Part shown: positions 12,301-27,300 of the stretch, in pieces
How the letters are laid out: every line of letters starts with the position of its first letter
Position numbering within the stretch: position 1 is the first letter of the stretch
Notes under the pieces: model-generated
The model's input: only the letters and a program-made list of their open reading frames with translations
The model's database searches: none
What the model was told of the DNA's origin: nothing
Assembly (NCBI GenBank): GCA_965637545.1
Contig: OZ281498.1
Coordinates: forward strand, 13,082,001-13,146,000
Length of the DNA stretch: 64,000 bases
Reading direction: 5' to 3'
From: Phallusia mammillata
Lineage: Eukaryota
Position numbers and translations under genes: made by a program

Positions 12301-15300
12301 ATAAAGTAGTCATTAAACATACGGTTGTCAAATATTGACTTCTGTTTAAAAACTTTGTTGTATACTTAATTTCACAAAAACCACCAAACATCTCATACTG
12401 CGGCAAAATTCGTAGGTTTTTTTGTTTTCGGAAAATGCTTGGCGTGCTTTGCTACTATTGGTCGAAGCTGCTCGGATCAAGTACTTGCGAAACTTAATAT
12501 GGTACACCTGCCGCACCGAGTGTGTATATCCGCTTGGTGGATGCCGTTCACTTGGTGTCCGACTGCAGTGATTGTGCATTCCACCTCAATGATTGACATC
12601 CTAATGTAAAAAAAAAGAAAAATATTGACATCCTAATGTGGTATGGGATACAAATGACCGCATGATCTTAAAATATATGGGTTATACTGATGGACATATG
12701 GACAATATTAATTCTGATGATACAATTTGACAATTTCACGCAATATCACAGATCAGAGGCGTTTTGTCGACATAATTTAATTTTCGTTTCTCAGCCTCGC
12801 GCCTGCGTGACTTGTTTGGTCGTGCTTCTCTGCGCAACACTGGTGGCCTATTATACGCGAATATTGGCATCGAAATGGTACAATATCAGTTTGAATGGAA
12901 AGTTATCGTGGATCAGAGACATTTCACGTAACATGCTCTTGTAATTGCGTTTAGGACTTCGGGCTTTGTTTTTTAAGTTATAAGTAATCATTGATTTGTA
13001 TAGCAAGTCTATGACTCACTATTTAAAGCTACAGAGCAAACAAGTCTGCACATTTCGACCAAATTGGGAACAAACGAATTTTCAATGAACAGAATAAACG
13101 AGCGAACTCAACAAAACTTACTCGCTATTGACTGTCGCTTTTCGCAACGTCAGTTTGCCCTTTCCTGCTGAATTATTATTTAGCAAAGGCGTACACCGTG
13201 TTACATTGATGTCGATACAGTTACGCGTAAAATTGATTGTTAGATTGTAACACTAAGCTTTTTCGTTTGGATTAACGTTAGCGAAATCAAGCTACAAACT
13301 TTACAAATTCCTTAGTTTCAGTTAGCAAGCGCGTGTTTCATCGAGGGCCTTTGATCTTTGATTGATCGCACGTTCTTGACAGTTGGTCTCTTTTTGTATT
13401 GCCACAACAATTTTCTGTGTTTGCCAAGCAAATACGTGCATTCGGAGCAAAATTCTAGCAGTTGTGTAATTTGTGGACAAAGGCATTAAAAGCGTGCATA
13501 CAAATTCCAACCAATATATTTTTTGTTGTTAACAGCTATATTGTTGGATACAAGAACAGCACTGTCCGACTTGGGATGGACCATGTCTCCAGGATCAGAG
13601 GTGAGTTGTCGATTTAAAATCAGTTGTCTTTAAATTAGGCAGCATTTTTTTGAAGAGAACAGGACTTTGCAGAACTAAAATTAACCAATGCCAATTGCAG
13701 TCCGATCTATCTTCACAGCTGCCACGGCACTGCTTATATTTCCACGTAAATCCCGTAAAAGGATTTTTGAGCACAGAACTGCGAGCTCACGCTTCCCCGC
13801 CAAACGAGCGGTTCTGCTTCGTTGCAAGAACGGTTTCCTTTGTTGTGACGCGAACTTACGATTCGTGCGCCTGCGCACCTTGATTCTGTCCTAAGTGTGT
13901 CAGAACGATAAGGGAAGACCACAAACCACAAAAACTAATACTTCACTCTGGCCTAATCGCCAGAGACAGGGTGCTAAGATCTAAGGTATAGCATGCAACG
14001 CATTTTTCCTCGTAATTTCCGCAATTTTGGTATGGTTTTGATGGATTTTATTTGATTAATGCGGATTTTACTGGCGCACCCTATCGGCTTGATGGCTATG
14101 GTCATTAGAAATTGTGATAAATTACGCCTGTGTAGTATGCAACTGCTACTCGTCGCCTCATCGACCTTGTAATGGTTCTATCAAGTTAATGACGTGTGCA
14201 AGAAACAGCGCAGGGAATACTTGACGGTTTCTTTGACCGATCGAACTTTGACGGCGCCGTTTCTAGGCTTAATGGAAAAGGTGGAACGATTGACGATCAA
14301 CAGACAGCAAGAAGCAGAGCGAAGAAACATATGTTTAACCCGCTTCAAGGGGCCCCGTTCAGTTCACATAGGGCAATCGATTTACTGATACTGCTTCACT
14401 ACATTTGGCGATAACACTACACCCGGCGAGTTTTTTTTTTGAATTCTCATGGGTGGGCGTTTGGTCACTTAAGAATGTCATTCAGCCTTTGTGAGCGTGT
14501 AGAGGGAAAACGTCCCCCTCTTTGGTATGATTTCGTCAAACTGACGTACATTCATAAGTTTATCAGTAAAAATGTGAAGTTAGCGTGCGACTTACACGTC
14601 AATAAATCACTGCTGTCGTGCGAATGTTAACTTTGATTTTTGCAAAGATAAGAAAGTAAATTGGAAGTAAGAATGTAAATAAGAGTTCAAACGTACAATG
14701 GCTTCCATAAACTGCTTTTATCGGTCACATACAATTTGTCGCGCTCAAAGAAGCCATCAGTTGAAATCAAATCCTGCCCCCAAACACGCAAACTGCGGTC
14801 GCTGTCCATTCAACAAACGTAATTAAAATGGATTTTATTTCGACAGCAAATTTTGTCCAGTGTCGGTGCCGCTTAAAGTGTAACGTAGTCATCGATTTTT
14901 CTGCGAATTCTATGTGAGTCATGTTAATAGAAAAAAATACTACGAGTTTGTTGAATGTATGAAAATCTGAATTGACCCTCAAAATCCTAACACTACACAA
15001 ACTGGGCAAGAGTGTTTAGTTCGTCAAGGATAGAAAAGGATTTTTAGGAATGTTCTTGTCAAGTGCCCTTCGTAATTAGTTTCGGAAAAGTGCCATTGAA
15101 GTATGTTTAAGGCTCCCTCAGCTACTTAACATGGCGACTCAAAGGTTCTTGGACATAAAATGCTCCGGTGCCTAAAACAATCCAAGGTCCAATTACACAA
15201 ATAGTCTGATACATTTGCTTAGTTTCAACATGAAATAGAATTTTCATGGTAGAAACCTTATTTCAGTGGCAAGAAATGACCAGCCCTGATGCTCAGGGCA

Positions 15301-18300
15301 ATGAGCGACGAATGAACATGGTATGTCAAATTACCAAACCGAACCAGGACAACTGGCTGAGGACAGATTACATCGCAGCCGAAGGAGCTCGTCGCGTATA
15401 CGTCGAAGTGAAATTCACAATTCGGTTTGTTGTTCGTTTTGATTTTGATGCGGTGTTTGATTTGGGCATGGTGACTTTAAACATGCGTTCATAGATCGTG
15501 CGAAGATGTACCGAACGTCGCTACTTGTAAAGAAACCTTCAACTTGTATTACTATGAAACTGATCGGGATGAAGCCACCTCGACTTTTCCTCCATGGAGG
15601 GAAGGAGCTTATACCAAGGTGTGCATCTCGTTTACAAGGATTTTAAGCTTTTGTATCAGCTCCATATGATTTATTTACATACCTGTGTTACATGCTCAAA
15701 GAGGCACATAATAAAATTATTGCTGTATTGACAAACCCGATGGCTGTGCTGTCAACCTCCACACCCCTGTGATAACAAATGTTGGTAGGTGGTTATCTGT
15801 CATACACGCTCCGAACGATGCTGAGCCGGCAAGCGGTGTTTTCTTACAGTTTGTTACCGCCCGATAGTTTTGCTAACTTTGGCGCTTCGTCACCCGTAAC
15901 AAGAAGATTTCCAGGATTTACAGCGTTGCTAAGTGCGTCGAGCTGAGAAATCGTTTGAACGTTTGAATCGTCTAAATCTGTTAGAAACTTGCGCCCTTTC
16001 GCAGTGCTTTAGTTGCCCGTCCACAAGATACCTGCATGACTAATGGGATTAGTTGGTAGCTGTACAAAGCAAAGTTATCGATTTCCATTTCACATTTGCT
16101 TGCAACGCAACTGGACTAACAAATGTGACAGTAGTACCAGATCAAATGCGAAGTAACTAGATTACGCGTCTGACAAGCGTCGATTGATTTGGAGGTACTT
16201 CATAGTGTTTGTTGTTGCTACAAAACCAGCTTCTTCGGCGTCAGGTATTGCGTTTCACCACTAACCTTTCACATACAATTCCATAAGATGTTTTTCACCA
16301 CAGCAGCATTCGTCTTATAATTATCATTCCGTCAGGTAAACTGATTAGTGATGACATAAAATCTTAATCATGTCCTGGGAAAATACAAATTGACTTACCA
16401 AGGAAAAAAACGTTTCATAACCCGTTTACAAACATTTTACGTTCATCTTAGGTCGATACTATAGCAGCCGACCAAAGATTTTCACCAGGGTCAGACGACA
16501 GTAACTTCGAAACTCGTCATATCGGACCCATTACAAAGAATGGGCTATATTTAGCCTTTCAGGTAAATATTTGTAACGAAAAGCTAAATCTCAGATTTCC
16601 GATTGTGTTCCAATACCCACATTAACCTCTAAACCCGGATCCGAGCAAGACGAGTAAACAAAGCAGGTTGCACGTTTTCGTAATGGACGTCCGATAATAC
16701 TAGATCCCCCTTCCGACAAATATCCAACTTCTATGTGATTACAGAATTTACGGTTGCCTGCACGATTTACTCTAAAACAAAGCTACCACATCCTTGTTGG
16801 TCGTGGAGAAAAGCATGTTGTGTAATACAAGTTATCCATTATGCAGGATACAGGTGCTTGCGTGGCGCTCATGTACATACGGGTTTATTATAAATACTGC
16901 GAGGAATCAATTAGCAACCTTGCCGTCTTTGGACGAACCACAGCCGGATCCGAGATGACGTCACTAGTGGACACTACTGGAACCTGCGTGAAAAATGCAG
17001 TACCGGTAAGAAAAATCTCTTTCCTAAATAAGTTTTCAAAGGTCTTTTATTCGAGCTCATAACGCCTTTTTCCACGTTCAATTCGTCTCTACATCATGTG
17101 GAAAAAATGGGCAAAATTATTTGCATAAAATGTTTGCTGTAGTGTGTTTTGTGATCAAGTCTTACAGGGCTTTGTAATAACGTTTGCGGTTTAAGGACAC
17201 GATAGTTCACATGTTTTATGAACATTATAGGTGTTAAGAAAGTCTAATTTCCATCAAGGTGGTAATTTTGTTTCAAAAGTCTGATGGACATAAATCCGAA
17301 GGAAATTCCATTTAGATTAAAAAGCCGATGTCTGCAAATAGAACTTTGTGGTTTGAGTGTGACAGGCGGAACCCTGAATATAAACTTCGATTGAATTAAA
17401 ATTCTTTCACCAATTTATAATCGATTTAATACAATCCATTTGCGAAATTTTAAAATGGAATACGAATTATTCGAATGCAGACGAACGGAATGCAACCAAC
17501 ACTTTACTGCAACGGGGAAGGAGATTGGATGGTTCCTTCTGGAACTTGTACTTGCGACCAAGGATATCAAGTTAACGCCGATACGACCAAGTGTACAGGT
17601 ATTACTGCTTTGTAACTTGTGCAGGCAAATTTAATTTTGCTCCCAGATTTGAATATAGGCAGGTAGAATGTCGAAAACTGTTTTGCTGGTCGATACTTAA
17701 TAACCTTGTTTGCACGTTCATTTATCGGGACTTGATTAAGCTGGATTGCCGCCCTCCAAATCCTTGGTTGCAGCTAGTTAGGGCCGGCGTGTAAGCTATT
17801 AACGTCCCAACCCATTGGCGTGTATGCTCTGCATTGCAACAAACGCTACCATTATCTGCGTGTGGCTCGCAGAAAGCTTTCACGTTGGCGATTGATGCTA
17901 CTTGATGCAAGGACCAGTTTGGGGTTGCAGGCGGTTCGGATTCTCAAGCGCTCTTGTGTGCTCCGATAAGACGCGGCTCTTGTTAATTCTTTTCGTCTTC
18001 TCTGTCCGCCAGGCCTCATTGCTTTGCTCAATGGTGATTTATTACCCAAAACACAATTAAGTCGCCTGGGCTCCATAGTGTGAGCGTCTTGAAGTGAATA
18101 CAATGCCGCGCGGCTGTCATGGTCGATTGCCCGTCATTCAGTGGACACGGTGACCGGGCGATAAGCAGCACGCCTCCACTAAGCTTCTAATGTTTGATTA
18201 ATAGCCCCTTGGCAGCGCCAGATCGCTGCAGATTAGATCGAATCGCATCGGGTTACCGTGTAGAGTGCTTGTCTGTTTCTTTCTGTAAAAGTTTTTTGAC

Positions 18301-21300
18301 AATGCATTGGTTGCTATTTAAGGCAAATACCTTGGAGTTTATTGAGCGAAACTTAGAAAGCTGATTACAAATGCAATTAATTAATTAATTAGATTCTTTC
18401 ATATTCAGGTCGCCTCCTGCAAATGATTTACCAACAAACATGTTTGCACCATGCCACCTTCAGAGTCTAGGATTTAATCGTCGAATTACTCAAAAATCGT
18501 GACATGTGACGTTTGCTTTTAATCCTTATATTTAACCACTTGTCTGTTTGGGAACAAACTTATTAGCATGGCGTACCTCACTGTAAGTTCCGATGTCTGT
18601 TTTAATAAGCATTAAAATCCGGTGTATTTAAGCCAAATCCTGTTGTTAAACTACACGGAGGAATTCTGAATACACCGAATTCGCAGTTTGTAGACTTTAA
18701 CCTGCGCTTTTCTCTTGACCGTCTAGTTTTTGATTAAATTTAGGTGTTTTGCGTGTTGTTAACAACTGTCCGACATTTGAGTGTGAATTCTTAGCCATGT
18801 GACTGAGATCCTAAGTGGCCCGGTACACGGATCAGATAGTTCCTCGCGTTCTTTCGTCGCCTAATTCTTCCAAAACACGGTTACTTGCGCCAAGCAGCGA
18901 CAGGCAACCACTAATGTGTTATTAATATGTTGTTTGTATACATAAACGGTTGCTTCTAATGAACGGATTAGTTCATGGAGAATGTCCACCTGACAGAAGC
19001 AGATATTCTGTTAGGTTTTCAGTTAATATCAATCACTCATAGAATAGGACCTTCCAACAGTATTTCGGTCATTTTAAACCAATATGTTTTAAAGCCTAGC
19101 ATCTTTTATAAAACTACACGAAACTTTATTGCCCGTTTTGTCTTTATTAGGGTAGTGACTTTTGCTATATGTTTGAAACATTAAGTGCAGTGAAACGCAA
19201 AATAAAGCAAGGCTGATTTGAATGATGCAGAGCTTTTATTGCAGACGTCCAAAATTCACAGATTTGACAACGACACTTTGTCGCGCCTTTCCAAATCCGA
19301 GTAAAAATCTGTTCCGGCCACCCATCAAATTTTCCTCCAAGTTCGTCAACTTAATCTTATTAGCACTTACGTATGACTTATTTCCCAAACAGCTGAAATC
19401 GCATTTTGTTAATTACAGTTTAAACGTTGGTGTAACCGCCGCGTCCTAAACAGAACCTAATTTGAACATATCGATTCACGACTGTCAGATATCGTTTGTT
19501 GCGCATATAGGATAGTTTTGACATCGATTAATACGAAGTCGTGTATGGCATTAATGAACTTCTCATCACAGTTGCATGTCTCGTGTAGCATGGAGACGTT
19601 TCGAAATTGCTGCACACAAACCGAGTAATAAAGCTTCTCTATCCAATGCAATCCATCAAATTCAATTTAAACAATCGATCCCGCATTCTCGTCACACCGC
19701 CCGACGTGTTATTGTGAAAGTCCTTGTTTTGTTTGTGTTAATTTTCTTATGTTCGCCTCTCATATCAGTATTGGTTGCCTATTGTTTACGACAGCGAGCT
19801 GGTTGGACGTGTACAACTGACCCCAAGTGACCTGCTGACCGGGTCAACGCTCTCTGCGAGATCTGCGATACGGTTGTTTGTTTGTAAATTATTCGTTAGT
19901 TATCCGTTTTGCCCAGTCACTTTTTATTACCTTTCCAGTGGTAACTTGCTGAACTTGTTTTTGTTAATGTTATTGCTGCAAACTTAATTTCAAGCCAGTA
20001 GACCATTTGGGCAATGTTAGAAATGGCTTTATTAAATAATTAATCAACCGCAATTCTTGCTGATAATTTACCTTTACGTCAATCAGGTTTCACCTCCTAA
20101 CCTACCAGGGACCATCGAATCCACGTAAATCCTTTAATACGTCAATTTGTGCTTCCCTTGGGCTATTAATGACCCAAACACTAGAGCGGCTATAAATGAC
20201 CCAAACGTGTATGTAAGGGTAATTTTTGGGACAATGCATTCTCGTACTTTGCCGAAATTAATTTTCCAAGCAATTATTTTACGATGGCTTCGGGATTTTG
20301 ATAGTTCATGACTTAATTTGACGACAGAGCGTAACGGCTGCGAGGGCAAAAGTCGTACATGTACGTGTGCATTCATGTGTGGAATTGTTAAGGGGATACA
20401 CATTGTTTGTTTGGCTTAAGTACTGCGGTTGACATACGGCAATCTTGCAAAAACTGATTGTATGATTCATAGCCGCTTGGAAGCTAAAAAATACTGTTTT
20501 CGGAGTTGATTTTCATTTTGTGATGGTGGCAGTTTTCAGTCACAATACTTTCTCACCTGTGCGTTCCCCATTTTTAGATGTAATCGAATGCGTTCAGCAA
20601 TTAACCGCGATTTATAACACTTGGCTAAAAAACTGGGGATGGTCAAAGTTGCACTTTATTGTAAACCCCGGCACTTGGCCCCGCGGTGAGAAACTTGCGG
20701 TAAATCTTTATTACGGTGATCGCGTTTCAGGCCTGCTGCATTCACCAGACCCCAACTGCTGGATACATTTCAACTAGTCGTGCGCTGTTAAACCTGTACA
20801 ATCGGGGGCTGTCAGCGCCTGTTTTAACCCCGAGTTTGAAGCATCGGTTGTTCGGAAAAAGGCTCCTGCGTGGCAAATTAAACACTTTTGTTTTTGGTCG
20901 TTAGCTCTGAATGGCCCCGTCCACTTTGGAGCTTGTTTTCTGCCCATTAACTTTGCGTGCGCAGCAGGAGTCTGTTATATCCCGATAATCCCACAGAACA
21001 ATCTTTTCTAAAAGCCGCGGTGTCTGCAAAACTTTGAATTTTTTCTTGCGTAAAAAATGGGCTTGGAGATTACATTGGTGAAGTGGAAAGAAACGAGCGT
21101 ACTTTCAAACAAATGAAAATAAATCACTCCAAATGTCAGACAACAACTGCCATAAAACGTTGTTGGGCTGGAAGAGGATTAAATCCGCTAAACAGTAAAT
21201 TTAGCCTTGTGCTGTGCCAATAACAAAAATGTAGAGCAAATTTTACGTGTTTCCATTTCCCTCCAAAACCCCACCGATCAATGTAATGTTTGTTTGTCCT

Positions 21301-24300
21301 GTCACAGTTGTTCGAACTTGCGGAAATGAGGGTATTACCACTTGTAGTTGAATAATCACTAATTATTTGGGGCTGAGGTAATTTTTTTAAATGCATGCTT
21401 GATTTAACGCCTAATGCTATTACATTTGCACTGAAAAAAGTCAAGTGAATTTGTTTTTGGCTGCAAGTTTTTATTTCAGCCTTCTTATCGTTTGCTCTTT
21501 TGCTTTCACAGCTTGTTCCCCTGGATACTTCAAATCGAGCGTGGCAAACAGCGATTGTGAGCGCTGCCCTGCTTTTAGTTCGACCCGCGGACGAGCGTCG
21601 ACTTTCTGCCGCTGCACGTACGGTTATTTTCGGCCTCCCACCGACGGCGTGGACAAAGCTTGTACAAGTGAGTGAATATGCATTTACCGGCAAAGCCACC
21701 ATAATTGGATTACACCATTCGGTTTTCAACTAGCACTTCGCATCCCGGCTCGCCGAGAGGCTTTAAGAACAAGCGTTTCCTTTGAATTAGACTTGGACTG
21801 AGTTTGAACACCAACCACTTGCGTTGACGACTCATTGCCCAGTTAACATACCGGAATGAAGTATTTTTGGCGCCGGTCGTAGTTTATTTTAGGAAGTGCT
21901 TTATGTTTGGATGTTTTGCCGACAGCAACGCCGTACCATATGGACCATTTTCAGGTGCCTAACCGGATTTGTCAAGTGTATGTAACAAAATTGTCACTGG
22001 CACTATGCAATATTTCGCTGAATGTAGTAATATTGTTGGACAGCATTGGGTCATCGCGCGTTTTTGTGAAAGTGTGTAATCTGCTATAAGGAACTGTCTG
22101 ATTTAAATACTATACAAGGAACTGCACTGCACAGACAACTGTTGTCTTGCTCGTTCAGCAAATATTTAAAATTTCACCAGTTCATCAAGGTTCCGACGGG
22201 CCACGGTCGTTTGCCGTGAATAAACTTCCACGCGGCTCGTCGTAGTCAAAACATGCCTCTCGTGCCAAATAAGGTTGTGTTGGGGGTGATGCACGTAAGT
22301 CGAGCCCCGCTCCAGTTCTGTTGTGTTGCGGAGATCGAAATGCCAGTAGACCGCAAAGATTTCAACGAGCTTCGATCCTGAATGTCGAGATATGTTGGGT
22401 CAGCTGGGTTTTCGCGTGCCAGCTTACTTTCTCTCCCTATTTCCTTACGAATAACTGTTACCGCGGTGACTAAATATTGACCCTGTCCGTCACAGTCAAA
22501 GATTGTTAGGTTGGCGACCAGGTGGGCATGGTGATTTCATTGCGGTATCAATGCATAGGATTTCAGCAACCGAGTAACCTGCAGTCGTCTAGGATATTTT
22601 GTCGAAGAAATCCAACTCCTCTTTTTACAAGCTACCGTGCGGTTTCTCTGGCAATTGTCCGTCCGTGTTTGAATGTTGAGTGCTGCTTCCGCTGGTGCTT
22701 GAGGCCTTTTGGAACAAGACAAAACCTTTCGTGACATGCCATTCCTACTAGTAGCGTGGAAATGGCTGGTGACCTTGCTGGGTGTCACAACACATTTTTA
22801 ACTTGCAAGGAAGCGCGTGTTGACTTTTTGGTTGCAAAAGTCGACAAACCGTAACGAAAGGATGTTTCAGTCGACAGTTGTAAATTAACTTCTGGTGCTC
22901 GTTTAGATCTGGTCGCATTCACGTCCACTGCCTGTCGGCGTCGTTGGTTCAAAGACAGGTTTAAGGTACTTCACACTTGTGCGTGGTTTAAATGCGTCTG
23001 GAAAGTTTAACACTTCTTAATTTAAACCGGTTTTGTCCTAACTCTTTCACCACAGTCTGCTTCCCACACCTGTCAAGAGCAATGTTACAAAACCGCAAAC
23101 CTGTACGTTCGTTTAATCACAACTGTATAAATGTCACGCGAAATTATATTTCCTGTTGTCGGACAACTTAGCCGGAACTATATACCTGTTATATTTTGTG
23201 GTCATAAAGCTATTTTTAGACCCGAAGCTTGTTTTGCAAAATCAGTCATCGCCCTCGAACTCCTGAAACTGGCAGCGTGGCCAAACCAGGATTTGCTGAA
23301 AAAACTTTAACGCAGCGTCGCGCTTTGATTTCGAACACCGGAGAGGCAATGTTCGCTGCTGTTCGTCGTATGCGATCGGTCAGGATCGAGTGACCCGATT
23401 GACCAGCAGCAAGTTTCCATCTGCGGGTCGTTTGTTTTAATTTGCGCAGTGCTTGCATGGCAAATCCCGCCACTTGAGCCGACGATCGTATGTTGATATT
23501 TTGCCATGCGCTTCTGGCAAAAAGACCACTGGAATTCGGTTCGGTTCTCTGCGCGACAGACGAGGTAAAATGCGCGCCACAAAGTTCCCAAAACAATGGA
23601 GGTAATACAACGCTTGCCTTCCAGTGTACAAAATGGGATTTGCTGATGCGTGTAATCCTGCTTGGTGCATTTTTACGTGTAAGGGTACAGTTTTATTGCA
23701 TCTATCAGATGAATGTATCAAACGATGTGCAGTTAAACCACGTATAAGCTATCCCAAACAATTTCCCTATTTTGGTAAACTTGTGTTGGCTGGGAATAAG
23801 GTTGATATACACCTCACTGGCCACACCAGATAAACAAACCTTGAGTGCAGGGCTACAACGACGCCTCTTTGTCCAGTTCCTTTGTTTGTACGCTGCAAAT
23901 TGACCACATCGCACCGGACCAGCCAGTTCGTAAACTTCCAATCGCCCAGCCTGACCCCGTCAGTATTGCCGCATATCACCCCTTCACTGTTTGCCATCCA
24001 CGCCAATTCTGAGGCTTAATGGATCGGCAAATAGCGATCCTGCAAATCTATCTGGGTTGCGACCTTATTTGATACATTTACGTCGCACTGTTTACGTTGG
24101 ATTACGACGATCTGACGCGCAAGTGTCACTGAAACTGATATCCAGCTCCTAAACCAATTTTGCTTTGCCAACTGTAGGCGATAAAAAACAGTTAAACAGA
24201 ACTTAATCGTTGCCACTGAGATATGTTTGTATTTGTTTTTGTTGACTTACGTTATTTTCGGTTTTGGCTCAGGAAAACAACGCTATTAAAATTATAGCCT

Positions 24301-27300
24301 ATCCGTTCACAAAATTCTTGTTATCTCTTCCTTATAGGCTTTTATACTGTAAAATTTATAGCGGATACTTATTTCCCGTTTTGAAAATGTTATTACTTTA
24401 TAACCATGTTGTGAGTTCAGATTTGTAATTTTGCTTTTCAGTGCCTGCTTCTAAACCTCGAAACCTATATTCCGTTGTTAATAAAACATCGGTTCATCTT
24501 TATTGGGAAAGACCACAGAATGATGGCGGGAGGAGTGAGCTGTGGTACAGGTAAGATTATACTCTACTTAAAACAGTTCTGTTGCAGATCAGTGAGATAA
24601 GTGAACTAAAGAAATCAAACATATATGTTTAATGTGTATTCGCGTTGTAAGATATAAATCTTTTTTAAATATCATGTTGGGAATGCAAAGTAAGATACAC
24701 ATTGCAGTAAGGCCTTTCATACAGTCATGTGTCAGCCATATTGCTACACAAACGATCGCGTCTTTCAATCGTTTTTCTCGAGGAATTCAATTGCTGGTGG
24801 TTAATTACACCTCACACGCGCCAGGTCCGATCGGAAACATCGGCTTAAATGAAAAGTATTGATAAGTTCCATGTGAAAATCACGTGTCTACGTCCTGTCC
24901 CGCCCTCTCGACCAACCTATGATTGCTGGTCAGACTTGTAATTCGCTTCGTGAGTTGTATGTTTGATTGTTAATTGACTGGCCCAGAACGGTTCAACATG
25001 GGCGTTTTAGACTATTTGAATTTAAATGGCAAGGTTTGCAAATTTTTCTTCACCTTCGCCTGTGTATTCTATTATAAGTACAACCCTCGCACTGGTAGTT
25101 TAATGTAACCCGGCACCGAGCATCAACCAAGTGGCGAAGTTAACGACCTGTCACGTTAGTGCTGTAAAAGCCAGTCAAAATAACATAGTCGCAGAGCAGT
25201 AAAATTATGGAATGCGACCAGTGTCTGGTTTCAAAGACCGCTTTCGCTAGAAACAACATTCACCCCTTAAGGGTATTAAGTCCTTTCAAAAATAAAATTG
25301 AAAATTTCCTTAAACATTAAGTGTCTCAATTTCAACTAAAATTAAAATTGCAAATAGCATTTAGTTTACACAGCTTTCACAAACTGGTAACTTTACATGT
25401 TAGAAGTAGCATTGCAATCTAAGGCAACGTGTGTGCACATCACAGTATCACGACAATCTTTGATGTGTGCAAAAGATATGACATGCATAACACAGAATAT
25501 ATCCGTATCTACAACAGCCCACGGCAAAACGTTCGTGTACGATGGAAGAAACGCTTGTCGTGCTCGGCCGAATTCGACTTAACGCTTGCTTAACTTGTCA
25601 AGCACACTGTTTTTGACGGGCGCAAACGCCACAACATCTGCCGCAGTCAAATACAGATTGATTGTACGACTGATTGTAAGCCTGCAATAGCGTAATCCCG
25701 TAATGTGCTCCGCCTTGCTAATGCGCTGCTTGTGCCAGCTTGTGAGAACGAACCATCTTGCAGCAGGTGATAATAGCAAAGACGCCCGACGGGTGGTCTA
25801 TACCCATCAAACCTCTCACATTAGGTGGCAAAGCTTGAAGTGTGAGCTTACATAATGTAGGAATGTTAAATTCGAAATAAACTATACGCGGTGGATGACA
25901 TCTCATAGACGAATACGTTTATCCCAGACCAAAATTCCGGCTTGAACATAATCCCCCAAACGCCCAGGCTGTTTATTGCGCGTACTTAATGCAGCGTTGA
26001 TCGTTACAAACCTGTCAATCATAGTTACAGCGCGTAATGGAGTTGTTATGCAACATCTGGAGATGCCAGCGTTCCAGATTCACAGAATATTGGTCTAAAA
26101 TTTTGAGGACGGAAAATGACAAATGCTTTTTTAAATACATTTCAGCATCCAATGCTTTCAATGCCAGCTTGGTTTTGTGGCCTGTGCCCCATGTTCTAAC
26201 CAGGTTCATTACGACCCCTCACCAGAAAAACTCATTCAAACGGAAATTGCAATCAAGTCTCTGAGCTCCTATGCATTTTACAAGTTCCAGGTAAAAGTTT
26301 ATGCACATTTGGTGACATCAAAATAAGTTATTACACTTTTCTGTTGCAACATGTACACTCAAGTATATATGCTCTTGGTTTGGTTACCTTTTGAATATCT
26401 AAAGTTTGAGATTGGCCTATACCAGAGTTAGTCAAACATGAAGGGATTCATATAAATATTCGACCACGAGATGACTTAAAAAACTATTGTTCTATCTATA
26501 CTGTTTTCATTATGAGAATTATTTTCACTGAATCAGTGATAAATTCCACTAAGGCGAAAACGACCTGAAAAGGTCATGAAATACTGACCTAGAGATGTTT
26601 AAGTATCGTGGACGAATTCGCTTGAAATCCCGTAAATTTAATCCCATTTTGTGTCAATTCTGCGAACAATCAAAGAGTGAAGGATTTATGAGTTTATGGG
26701 TTAGTTTCAATTATGTTGCCTTGCTCCATGACTTTGTTTGTATTCTTTAAATTCTTTAAATTCATATCTTTCTAAATTTGCTACATAACAAGAAAATTAA
26801 CCCAACTACCCTGGATAACACAGCTGGTAACTGGACTTAATCTAGTTTTCGTGCATGCTGTCGAATTTTGGCTTTTTAGAATAGCCGTTATCGCATTGCC
26901 GCCATATCTTGAAGCTTGTGGCCGCCAACCATCTGCTGTATTGACATCGTTGTGGCTACCGGATGACCTTATGATATAGCACCAAATATAGTTTGTGTGA
27001 TTAGCGTCGACAACATAAATTCCACACTTTATTGTCGGCTTCTAATAAATTTGCCTTGGCAGGTTTTATCGATAAATGCTGTGACAAACATCGCCGCGTC
27101 GTCTGGACATCGCATCAACAACTTTGCTGAAATCACTGTACAGACTAACCAAGCAGGTAAATTACAAATTACTCTAGGAATTTTTAATTATTTCATGTGA
27201 GCCTCAAGTTGGTTAAAATGCGTGGGAAATAGCAAAACTTCGAGAAACTGATTTGCTGCGTATAAACAGTGCCACGAAGCAATTTTATAAATTTTACATT

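Noticed and set aside
21136-21729. Longest ORF in the track (197 aa, minus strand)
   Set aside because: It lies antisense across Eph-2 exon 8, has no recognisable domain and has intron-like composition at its ends; treated as a shadow ORF.
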